The notes beneath the pieces were generated by a model. It had not been told where the DNA came from and did not search any database. It saw nothing but the letters and a program-made list of their open reading frames with translations. This document shows positions 1 through 12,400 of a stretch of DNA of 64,000 bases, piece by piece. The stretch comes from Phallusia mammillata. Taxonomy: Eukaryota. The DNA is taken from NCBI GenBank assembly GCA_965637545.1, contig OZ281501.1:6324001-6388000 (forward strand), in the 5' to 3' direction. Within the stretch, counting starts at the first letter, position 1. Each line of letters starts with the position of its first letter. A program made the position numbers and the translations under genes.

Positions 1-340
1 CCCATGGGGTTGTGGTTATGTTTCACTATTTTTCTGATACAATACTTAACATAAGGTTTTCATTAAAGTCATGAGCTTCAATTTAAAAAAAATGTTTCGT
101 AGATTAACTTAACAACCTTGTTTAGCCAAAATGGCGCCCTAATAAAAACAGTTTTGCTTTGATTATGATTTTTAAGCTTATTATACGAACCAACCATTAA
201 GTTACGATGTTTTAAGCGATCTATACAAGCTGCTGTTGCTGCCAGGCATAGTTTTAACTTCATAGAGCTTTTCTAGCAATCGTATTTTTGCACCGACGTT
301 TTAAAGCGATCTGTTAACTACAAGTGTGTATTGTTTACAG

Positions 341-442
341 ATTCTCAAGCCGTCAGAAAAGAAGGCCAAGTATCAATACGGGGGCCTTAACTCTGGGCGT
401 CCCATTACTCCACCTCGTAACAATATGGTAAAAGCCAAGTAG
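341..442 (+). CDS. PPP1CB: Serine/threonine protein phosphatase 1 catalytic subunit (beta-like), last coding exon; gene begins upstream of the window
   Basis: Acceptor ttgtttacag ends at 340; exon reads [33 protein letters not shown], near-identical to the recalled vertebrate PP1-beta C-terminus [26 protein letters not shown], including the TPPR CDK site. Confidence 0.95.
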   Translation: MLKPSEKKAKYQYGGLNSGRPITPPRNNMVKAK

Positions 443-3099
443 TGTGTTCTCGTGCGCCTCTAGTGACGGGGCTTACGGACTTGACTTCATCTCAGAACCT
501 TTTGCGTTGCGTTGTTTTATTCGCGATAGAGTTTTATAACAATTGTTGTTACCGCACCGGGCGCTTGTTGTATTTCAAAACGCACTTCTCCCTTCTATTT
601 TTGCCGTTGTCTCTGCGAATGTGCGTGTGGCTGGTAATTGGCAAGTACTATAAAGGTGTTAAAGCTCAAAAAAACGTGCAGTTCCCTGAGTAGAAATGGC
701 AACAAAAAGTGATATTTCAAGGCATATACAGATGAATCTGGTTAATCACGCACCTTTTTGCACAAATTGTTCTTAACAATTGATTGGCTTTAAATTTACA
801 ATACTTTAGTAATTAAACAAAATATGCAATTAACCAGTTTTATCTGTAATCCATTTGACACTTCAGTGATTTAAAGTGCTTCATTTTGTTTTTTGTTGCC
901 CAATATAGTTGACGTACATAATTTCGCAATTCCAAGCAACAATTTTACCGTGAAAACTTACATTGCTATTTGGAAAACGATTGTTCGAACTTTTTGTGTG
1001 ATATGAGCGAATCCTATTTTAATTGGCAATATCCTAACAAATTTGTGCAGAATATTGTTAACGTATCTAAGAATTTTTTGAAGGTAATCCGGTTATTTAT
1101 AAATTTGGGAAACTTTCCCTTTACAAATCTTCACAACCCAAACCATAGTCACACATTTTTTGGTCCGCGAATTTGAATCTAATTCCATGCGTTAGAGTGG
1201 TGAACTATGTGTATTGTTAGGGCACAGCGGTCCATTTGGTAGTTTTAGTACTGTGCAGTCAATGAGAACATGTTTCTGTTGTTTAGTATGGCCTGAAAGT
1301 TATAACAGCCGTAAACGCTAAGACACCACGATAATAATGTAATTGATAGCTATTAACGATATCAGTGCTGTTGTTGCGAACAAATTTCGTGAAAATCGAA
1401 CAAAAATTTACACCTTATGTGTTAATGGCACTTGAAGTAATTACCAATTTTAAAGACACCTTTAAACACTTTACAAGTGGCCTGTCCAATTAAACTGTTT
1501 ACAGCTAAATTCGTGCAGTTATTGGGGCTTTTTTATGCCAGTTGTTTTGATAATGGTGTTTGATTTACACCATCTTCGACAATATTACAGCTTGGGGCCC
1601 TGCACAACTTTGCAAGCGGGTAGACAAGAGGAAGTTTGGAAATGTTTAAAACTGTTTCAAAGATTGCAAAGTACTAAAATTATATCTGTCATGTCTGACG
1701 TAGGGCGTAAACAAATAACATTATTGGTTTTATATTGTACATGTATGCATTGCGCTAAACTTTATTATTGAACGGAAATATAAGTAATATCAATTGGATA
1801 AACTTAAATTTAAATAGTAACATGTAGGGAAACCGTTTTCATTCATAGTCCCGAAAATTACAATTTTTCTGTTTCTACCACTGTTCCATGAATATTACGT
1901 CAGCGCTTCGCATATTTGCACGTAGCAACCGTTGTTACGGAAGCTTTGATGACGCACACGTATCTGACGTCACGCAAAAATTCATTGATGTCATCTTTGT
2001 GATATGACGTCACTAGTTGATTGAAAATTTTTGACCAGTCGTTTTCATTTGAACGCGGAATTTTATTGTGGTATTTTGATTTTATTTCAATGAAAAATCG
2101 CTGCTTTAAACGGCCAAATTCAGCTTCTGTTTCCAAGCAACCGATGTATTCCCTTAAATTTGATTGTTGCTTAATCTTCGTTGATTTTCGGCAGCTACGG
2201 AAAAACTGCTTTGTGTCTGGCGTGTGCTTATGTAGCAACAGATTTATAATAACAAAGCGGCAAGTTTTTCCTATCACAGAATATTCTTTCGTATCTCTTT
2301 CATTTCCAACTTTGGCATTTTTTCATTTCGAACCCTGTAGTCAATTTTCAACCATTATCGTCAGGTATGACATATTAATAGCCATCGGTAACTCGCTGAT
2401 TGGTATCTACTCATTACGAGTTAACGCACATACTTTGTTTTAACTAGATTTTACTTGTCTATTACCAAGTACTCGAGAATAGTGAAATTGCGACGCCTAT
2501 TTTTGTACCCGCCTCATATACTTCGATACACGACCTGCCGTTTTCGAAGATGTTAATCATGGATGAGTCTTTCTTATGGGAAGCTTAAACCATGATTCAA
2601 GTTATGCTATCGTAATTTTGGAGCTGGCCCCATTTTGTGTGGCGAACAGTTGCTCGTTGTTGCTAATACAATATTATATGTGTGTGTTATTGTATTTGTC
2701 AAAAGATTCGAACCTGAAGGATATTTAGTTTTTTTGCTTGAGTCTTAAGTAATTGATACTGGTAGCCTAGTAATAAACGTCGGACTAGACTTTTGTATGC
2801 TGTATAATACCAGGTTGAAGAAAAACGTAGAATATTTTAATAATGAAACTGCTTCCAAAAACACCGAATTACTGTGCAATAAAAGTTTCCAGAATTTTCA
2901 AACGTTCTTTCGAAACTGATTTGCAACGGTAAGAAAGGTTCCACTCAAAGATCACCACAACTTTTGAATTTATTAATCTTTTGGTTACATTTTCTCAATT
3001 TGGTGGGGTGTTTGGGATGAGTTTAAAAATGTAAATACCGTAGCAAAAACCAAAAGTACTATTTTTGCATCATTTTCGAACAACTAAAGTCACGCCTGA

Positions 3100-3374
3100 C
3101 TGGCGACGCTATGACGTCAAACGCCGATTCATCTGGTTTTGGACTGACGACATAAAAACGTCGCGTTTTTACTGCAGAGTTGTTTGGCACTTCACATAAA
3201 TAAGTTAGTCTGTGTTATGTCCAAAGTTAAAAAAGCAATCTTTATACGTTAGCCAAGTCTGGCGTTAAAATTGGGCATGGAGATGTATTCACATTTTCAC
3301 AATGTTTGTGAAAAGCTAAAAATGACTGAAATTTCGTCGCAAAAAACTGTTTTTTAAAGGTTGTAAAAAAATCG
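3100..3374 (+). promoter_or_regulatory. Probable SPATS2 promoter and non-coding first exon
   Basis: CpG-containing island with CGCTATGACGTCA (CRE 3112-3119), then a good donor TCG|GTATGT at 3375. No open coding frame runs into the donor; next strong acceptor before the ATG is 6457-6458. Inference. Confidence 0.35.
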
Positions 3375-5424
3375 GTATGTGTTATTTTGCCGGTTTTTAG
3401 TTCCTAGATTACTAACTAAACACCAAATAGTCAATGCCAGAGTTAAATGCATGCTTTGTTAGTTTGTCTGCTTGTGAAATTAGTTGCAACTTGCAAGTTT
3501 GCAACGTTCTTGTTCAATGTAAAGGCGTTGTAACAGTTTCTCCCAAACATGGTACGAAGGTCTGTGTCACTCTGGGCAATAGAACCTTGAAAATGAAAAA
3601 AAAAACTTTTGTTTAAAATTTCTCAATGATCCAGTATTCCAGTGTGTATAGTAGAAGAGAAATGTTTTTGTCATTCAAGCAAGCAGTGGGTCTTGTTTTT
3701 ATTCCCTGAGGCTTTTGAATACCAAAGGAATAATATCTATAAAACTAAATGGGTTTTAAAAGTATTATGTTACAAAAAATTGCTGTTTCAATCAAACAAA
3801 TGTACATGATAGTTAAGAAGAAAGTTGCTATGCTTTTAAGCACTTTGGTATCAAAACTGTTCTTGAATACAGTTGTTTAGAATGTTTGTGCTTTTACAGT
3901 AAAAAATTTGTACATATAAATACCATTTTGATTTGAAGAACTTGTAAACTAATTGCACCATTTGTATGAAATAATGTGTAAACTTTTGCATCACATGAAA
4001 ATGTAGTTTGGAACACTATACATGAATCAGTTTTTGAGTTAAATGAGATATTTAAACTTTTTGACGAATGCTTATGGTTATACCATCATCAGTGATATGT
4101 GAGGCCCAAAATGATTTTAGATTTACAAAAACAAGTATATATCAATAAAAACAGCTCACTGGAAAAAGTTGTTTGACTCATTCAAGTGTCAGGCCAAAAT
4201 GATACAATGTTTGTCTCAGCAAAAATAAATAACCAGGATATAAAATATGAACTACTCAATATAATGCAATCTATGTAGACCAGCAATTTATTGTCAAAAA
4301 ATCATGTAATTTACAGAATAACCAAATGTCCATGCTTCAGGGAAACAAAATTATTTTTACACACTAAATATGTTATTTTCCTGGACTACAGAATAAACAT
4401 GCAATCTGCTGGAAATTTGCAATCTTGTCTAAAACAAACTGATATGCACTTACATAGAATTGCCCATGAAATATATACTGTAAGTGTATGTCATAGCAGA
4501 CTAAAAGAATTAGCCCGTGTAACAGGAAATATTATACTGATTTTATATATATATATATGTGTTATTAGTAAATAGAGTTACTTGTTTTTCTATTTTTGAC
4601 AAAATTGTGCAATGTTCAGTTTTCAACAAAATCTTCAGAATTTATAAATAATGTAAGGTGTTTGTTTTGATAACATATATTTGCTGCAAAGTGTTTAAAA
4701 TGTGATTTTGTGTAGTTTTTGTTGTGAAGTAAAGAGAATTTTTTTCAACTTTTATACTTTCATGTTATTAGTTGATTTTATGTTGAAAATATTCTACTTT
4801 TAAGAATTGCACCAATACAAACAGTTGAACCTGTGATAAACAACTAGGTAATAATTTTGCTCTTTATCTATAGTTCAATTTTTACTCACAAAACCAAAAT
4901 GACAATTGTCAATATCAATTGCCACTGAATGAAATCAATAATGTCCGGAGCGACATCATGTTTTCAATTTACAAGTAGTGCTTGGCATGGCAGTGTAGAG
5001 GACTTGTGTTGTTTGTTACTATTTAGTGCCTGTCTGTCTGTTCATGTTTGAAGTATCATAGTGGCAAAGTGTTATGTACTTGGGTTGTCATGGCCGGTGC
5101 TGCATCCTGGTTTGCGGTCAACCCGGATCTGCTTTTGTATGTATCACCTAAAATTCATCAAAACTTTGCCGCCATGTGAAATAAGATTGATGCCTGTAAA
5201 GTAAATGTAAAGCACATTCATTGTTAAGAGGTTGTGTGTGTATCACCACGTTTGTTTACCCTGTATTTATACATTTTTGCATTGATTCTAAGTTAGAAAT
5301 TTATATATATATTTTAATGTTAATGTACCTAATTTAAGCTACCAATAGTATCTTTACGAAGGTACTAATATCACTGAAAAGTTGTTATGTGAAGGTGATT
5401 GTAGAGCCTGTTTCTGTCTACTTT

Positions 5425-5430
<6 letters not shown>

Positions 5431-5459
<29 letters not shown>
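5431..5459. repeat. (TA)n microsatellite
   Basis: About 14 perfect TA units. Confidence 0.95.
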
Positions 5460-5461
<2 letters not shown>

Positions 5462-6470
5462 TAAATTGTGACATTTTAGTACTTTCGTTATGTTGATAAC
5501 CATAGTCACTGTTTGAAGTTGAATGCCGCCAAATCAGAACTTTATTAGCCTCCTATCAATTACTGTAAATACTTTATCTGTGCTACCCAGTGCCACAGGT
5601 CACAGTACAAAGTCTGGTTTTGTGTGTGGTTAATTTTCAACCCAAGTGCAGAGGGCATTGCTCTTGTTTATGTGTTCATGATACAATGAAGCACAGCTTT
5701 GCAACTTATTAATGTGACATTTGTATGGGTTACATAACAGGTCATGCTGTTCAACACAATAGAACTTTATAAATTATGACAAAAATGGTGTGCTCAAGTT
5801 TTCAGCATCAGTTGAACACAGACTGAAGCTTCAACACTTTTATATCTAAGGAATAGTTGTTGCTTTGAATTAGTTGAATATGTAGACAGTTTAATAAAAG
5901 GGCATTCTGCTACATGTCTGCTTTTTTACAGAAATTGATAATGCCTGTTTTTATACTGTGAAATATACATACAGTACATCTGTTATTTTAAGAAATGATT
6001 TATGCTTTGTACCTGTTCTTTATAAAACAGTCAAAATATTCAGATCAAAATTAGTTAAAAAATATATTCTAAATGCCCAATTCTGAAGTGATACATTGTG
6101 GAAAGTTTCGATAGTTTACTGTGGGAGCTTTTCCAGAACAAAATGTCGATAAAGTTTTTGTAACCATAGCACATAGCAAACACAGCATTGTTTGGTTCAT
6201 GTAATTATAGATGTCATTGTTGAGTTGTTTTTGATGCTAAACCGGTTGTAAAGCGGCAGCACAAAGTATAGCAAATAACTACATCAAGGTTTTGTCAAGG
6301 TCTGTATAACTTGAATTACTTGACACGCACCTTGTTTAATATGGTAGCAGTCTTGTAAAGTTCAACTTGTGCTGTACTGATTAAGTGTATTTCTATGACG
6401 CAGATCATTTCAACTGTTTTAGGGAAGTGACTTGAAATACTTTTTGCTTTAACACTAGTGCACATTGGAA

Positions 6471-6491
6471 ATGGCCTCAATCAAGGAAAAG
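6471..6491 (+). CDS. SPATS2L: SPATS2-like coding exon 1 (MASIKEK)
   Basis: Acceptor at 6457-6458, ATG 6471, donor AAG|GTACAT; KEK joins IAAVR as in human KEKIYAVR. Confidence 0.85.
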
Positions 6492-9400
6492 GTACATGTA
6501 AATTTTTGAATATGTTTTTAAACATATGGATTTTAAATTCTTTCTGCACACTTTTTATAAAATATTGAAAACAACTATTTTGTCCTAAATGCAACAAAAA
6601 CCACTTTAGTCTGTTAGTAAAATTACGTATAAATGAAATAATACTGCACTGTAATATTGATGTAAACATATGTATTTAAACCACATTTGATATGTGCACA
6701 CCAGCTAATGTGGCTTTCCTGAATATAATTTATTTATTTATGAGGATATTATTAAACAGCTAAACATATGTCATGCTGAAAAACATAGAAAATAACATAG
6801 GATGTAAGCTCCATAGTATAGTCTATGCTAAGGATTATAGTCTATGCTAAAGAAGAGTCTATGCTAAGGATTTCCACATTTTTTTGTACGTTTATTTTAT
6901 TTTAGACATTTTTTTTCATGTAACATAAATTCTGTTTAACTTAAAGCGATATAGTTTGTGAAAACCTAACACTTGTGTCCCTCATTAGTTGTGATGTTAG
7001 AAAACTGCAATTTATACTGATGAATTTGTGTTAAGTTGACATAGTCCCCCCATCCCAACCCATTCCCTACAAAGCTTTGACATTTGGAAGCCCTCTTTAC
7101 ACAGCTTAACCAAGGTGTGTTTTACAGATTGCTGCCGTTCGTGCTGTGGTCAGTGATCGAAGCAACGATCAGATCGTGCTTGTTCTTCAACATCATGATG
7201 GGGATGCAGACAAAACCATTGCAGACTTTCTTGAAGGTGATGTATATATAGTTGGGATACAACTTCTTTCAATGTTAAAGATAATGCATTGAACATACAA
7301 ATAACTTTTTTACCTAATATGTCAATCAATTGGCTGAATGCATAACAATGTTTCAGATTATATAGTTTTATAGCTCTTACCTACCTGAACAGTGTGTATT
7401 GAGTTTTACACTTCCTGCTACTGCTGCTACTGATATATAATACACATATGAATTGCTGTTAAGTAACTTTGAAAATACAATGTTTTTAACTTGATTTTAT
7501 GCAATCATAGTTATTTTTTGAAGTCACAGTTTTAACTCCATTTACAATTACCGGTACCGTTTGTCATTGTGGTTTGTTTTGCAAGTTGCTTTCGTTTTAC
7601 CACAACCTACGTTTATTTTACTTTTTAGACAATTTTTGTTAACTGAATCATAACTAAATGATTTAAATCGGTATTTTTTGTTGTAGGTAATGCTGATGAC
7701 ATTTTGACCGAATGGCAACATGCCGGTCAAAACAAATCTGCAAAAGCTAAAAAGCGCAAGAAGAAATTACAGCAGAAAAAGGCCAAAGCTCAGGCACAAG
7801 CTGCTGAAACTGCCCAGAGCAATGAAGAAACAAAGCCATTACAACTCACAGTAAGCTTAAATACTCATATAGTGCTTTTACACAGTTTCCAAAAAATAAA
7901 CAAACTATTCCTAAATTTGGCAGGTTTTTTTAAGAAAAAAAGGTTTTGGACCAGTTGAAGTATTTCCTTCTGATTAAATTATCCAGTGCCAGGATGTTTG
8001 GTTAATTAGCATTCGCTGGATAAATCCATCCTTATTCAATAGAGCAGTAGTTCTTAAACTGTGCGTCGCGACGCCCTGGTGCGTTGTTTCAGTTTTCCAA
8101 GGGCGTCGCAGAATAGTTCCGTTACATGGCTTTTTGTTGTTGTATCAATAAACACAAATTTAATAATAAGTTTCCTCATTAACTTTTATTTGCTAGTGCA
8201 TCGCAAGTCCAGAAAACGTTTCCAGAGGCATCACAATAAAAAAACTCTGCAATAGAGTAACTATTTATTTACTCTTTCTTGAACTAGAATGGCCACAATG
8301 AAGACAGTGGAGACATTAAAAATGGAACACTGAACAATGCAGAGGCAGCTACTGCCCTAAAACTGCTGCTTACTGACTCCAAAACCAGCTCTAATGAAAA
8401 GAACTCCACTTCGAACAGCCCTGAAATAAATCCTTCTCCACCTCCAGTGGTCAATGGCACCTCTGATGCTGCTGTGTCTGCTGAAGTGGCCAAGGCTATT
8501 AAACAGCAGCAGTTTTTGTACCATGGGGGACGTAGGTCAAGAACCTCATCCGAAACTAGTACCAAGTCAGCTGCTAACAAGAAGAAACACAAAAATACAC
8601 CAAGCAATCTTGTAACAGGTATTTATGTAACTGATATAATTAAGGACTAAATATGTAAACAGTAGTATGGTAATGTCTGTTTTCTTGTCGTAACAACCAT
8701 ACTGTGTCACTGCAATTTCACTCTTTGTTAATGTTTGCAACATACAATATTTTATGTACTAGTTGCCTAGTGGCTCAAACCAGTAAATGTTTTGAATTAT
8801 AAATTTATTTGAAAAGAATTGTAGAAAATTAAAACTTGTCAGCATCATAGGTAGTTGTTTTTCACCTAATTCACAAATTGGTTCTGCAACAATCAACGGC
8901 AGTCTGTCATTCTTTGTGCTAAAAATAAATTGGGTAAGTGTAATTGCTTTACCTTTGCAGGAAACCAACATGCTACAAATGGACAAACAGCCACCAGCCA
9001 AGTAAGTTGTTTTCTCAATATTTTGCACCAGAGATGTCATTGGCTGCAACTACACTATGTGATTAAGATATTCTCCTTTGTTCATATACTTTATCATTCT
9101 AAATAGGATTTTTGAGTGTTGTTTAATGATTTATGATACAATTTTGAATTTGAAATCATGTCAGTTTAATTGTAAGTGAACTGAAAGTGTTTTGACATTA
9201 ATCGTTTTTTAAATGTTTTTACAGCATGATACTGGAATTTCTGCAAACAAGAAAAGTAAGTTTAAATTAAAACTTTATGTTTGCTGACTATAGCATAGCG
9301 TGGTTCAAAGAACTGACCCTGTATCAATGTGAGATTGTAGAATTTCAGTAAAGTATCATTTCCATGTCCTGCATGATGTAACCAGTTGTTAAACCAGTTT

Positions 9401-12400
9401 GGCCATGTGACAAAGCAACTTTTTTAGATGTTACATAAACTGCTTGGTAAGAAAACTTAATTACTTTTTACACCATATATTTTATCTACTCCCTAGTTTA
9501 CCCCTACATTTATGTTTTTTGACCTCATGTTAGTTTACAAGTGTAATGTTTTTTTTTTGAGAATTAATTTTATTGCTGATGATCCTTTTTCAAGTAAAAG
9601 CCTCAGGCTAATGAAACAAAGACACAAAAAATAAATGTAAAAACATACATACCATACGCGCTATGGCACTGTGAATAAAAGTATTACAGAACAGACAAAT
9701 GCTTTTTTACACCACACAAAATTGGGAACAATTAGGAAAACTTGACATATATATATCATACACGAGATTTAGAGTTTTGGTAGCTAAGCCCAATCTGCAC
9801 AAAAAGAGTGGTATATAAATCTAATTTTAATATGACTTGCTTTACTTGCATATTAGTAATTTCTGAGTGTTTAAATTTGTAAAATTGTGTCAAAAATGTT
9901 TGCACAATAATATTAAACATGAATCTTTGCAAGATAACATGGCATTTGTTGCTGTGCTAAAATGAGTCTGGGACATTGTTGTGATTACTGGAAGCAAATC
10001 AATAGCAATTTCAATTGACATAACATCCTGTGTTGGCAGGCATCGAAAAAGCTGTAAAGGACTTGCAACGCTGCACTGTTTCTTATGGAAGATACAAGAA
10101 CCTGCTAAATGGAGAGATTCAGGACAGCTACAAAAGAATCAAACAGGTTATTATTTTGGTTAAACTAAGATATATTCCATCATTTTGGCTCTCTAAAAGG
10201 AGACCCATATTGTTTTCACCATGTTGCCATGTATTTATTCAGTTTTATTCTCTTTTGGTCCAGACTTAGCCATCCACATAAAACATTTGAAGTTGTGAAT
10301 AAACACTCTTTTACTGCTAGTTTTCCTGTGTGTTATTCAAATCTTTTAAAATATTGCATGATTTTTAGGTTTACAAAACTGACATACATTTTTTTGTTAG
10401 TATCAGTGCTGCAGTGTTAATTGTTTGTGATGACATTTGTTTACTATAAATAAATAACTAATGAGACTTATAAATATGCATTTTTGAGTAAAATGTTTCA
10501 TATTTTGCTAGCAAAATGCAAAAAATGTATTTACTTATATTTTTATTTTTTGTTTAGACTTTTGAGGCACTTACCAATGCACTTATGGACAGAGAAGTAC
10601 AATTAATTCGAAACCTGGATGAAATTAAAAACGCAGCATGTGAGCATATATTAAGACAATTCATGCTTCAGTATCATTTGCTCCCTGTTGTCTTTTAAAT
10701 GTACAATTTTGAAGTCCAAAAACTCACTTGTATTGAGTCTTTTCACATGTAGCGAAGGCATATTGTTTTGACATAGTGTTTTTAAATGTTTTTGATGCTA
10801 TTTAATTTCCACCTTTGATTAAAGAAATGGTTGTGTAGGTTTCTTTAAAACATAAAAATGGTTACTTGCTTTGGTGTTATAATAGTCACTTTTTTGACCC
10901 AACGTGTAGCATATAAGAAAGAAGCAAATGCTTCTCAGCCAAACAAATTGATTTGTAAAATTCAAGATATATATTTCACCTATACATGCAACGTGTAACT
11001 TAAACATGGCAAAAAAATTAAAATTTAACTTGTTCAGTTGAGCTAATGGCAAAACGTGAAGCCCAAGCACATGAGTTAAAACGACAAACTGACCGAGTGG
11101 ATGCTATGAGCCACCAGCAGTTGAACGACCTACGAAGTGAAATCAAACATTTTGTCGCTGAACGGAAGTTTGATGAGGAATTGGGTAGAACTTCAAGATT
11201 CACCTTTGACCCCGAAATTCTTTCCAAAGTTATTCCCTCCTTTGGAGAAAGTAAGTCATTGTTTTCAATATATATGTGTAGTTAACAAAACTTTTAGTCA
11301 CAATTGCAGATCATTCGATTTGTTTAACTTGGTGTTTTGTCTTAAAACTAGCACTAATGTGTGGTGTTATAAAATACTTAGTGAATTGTCTCGGGATTTA
11401 TGAGTATGTGTTGTTGCAGTTTCTGCCAAAATTGTTTTCCACCATATTGCAGAAATGCAGGCTTATAACTTATGACCGAAATTGTTTTCAGGAGTTTGGT
11501 AATAACTATATAGTTCACATGTAAATATTTTGAAAACCACAAAGTAAGATCTACTCACATTGTAAAAAGCACTATTGTGGGCATGCTTACTAGAATCAAA
11601 TATAAAAAAAAAACTACTTTGTTATAGTTGAACTGAATTTTCCTAGTATGTCCTCATGCTAACCAGTAAATAAAATACATGACTTTTCAGTAGTCATTAT
11701 TATACGTTGAAAATTGAGGTCATTGTCTGGTGTAGAACTGCGGCTTCGTCGAACGCTTTTTGATTGTTTCCTGTGTATTATGTCCGCCAGGTTCAGCGCC
11801 GTGCACCTGGACGCAGACGTTTCCTATTCTGGCGTATATTACGTCTGCGTGAACCGTAATTTGAGCCTGGTTTGGTTAAGAATAAGCGTGAAGACAGATC
11901 AAACATACCTTGTTACGTTTTTTTCTCTTTAACTGTAGAGAATAATAGGTACACAATTCACGATTTTAGAATTCCGTACCAGAAACAAACTAGCCAGTAT
12001 ATTGGTGTGAAACAGGGGTGTGTAACTTTTGTCACTGTGGGGCCAAATACAATTGCCAAGATTAGATCCTTTATATAACACAAGGTGATTTTACTTTGTT
12101 GCATGCCAAATATGCTTAACTACAAGTAAAATTCGCATTTGATTTAGCCACATATTGCCTTGTCGCAGAAAAATAGCACCGCACACCCCTGGTGTAAAAC
12201 ATAACGTTTCAATAGCAACTGGTGTCATTCTCAAATGAATGAATGTAAAAATCAAAAGGCAAGAGCAAGTAAAAAAGACTTGCTATCGAAACGTTATTCA
12301 CTAATACACTGGTTTGTTTGTTTGTTGAAATCACACATTTTAGCCAGGAAATAGTTTTCTAAATTTTGTTACATTTTTGCATATCTTAGCTTGATAACTA

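Noticed and set aside
4452-4475. Minus-strand 24-nt microexon look-alike (cttacag|YIFHGQFY|gtaagt)
   Set aside because: No partner exons give a coherent protein; downstream frames stop quickly.
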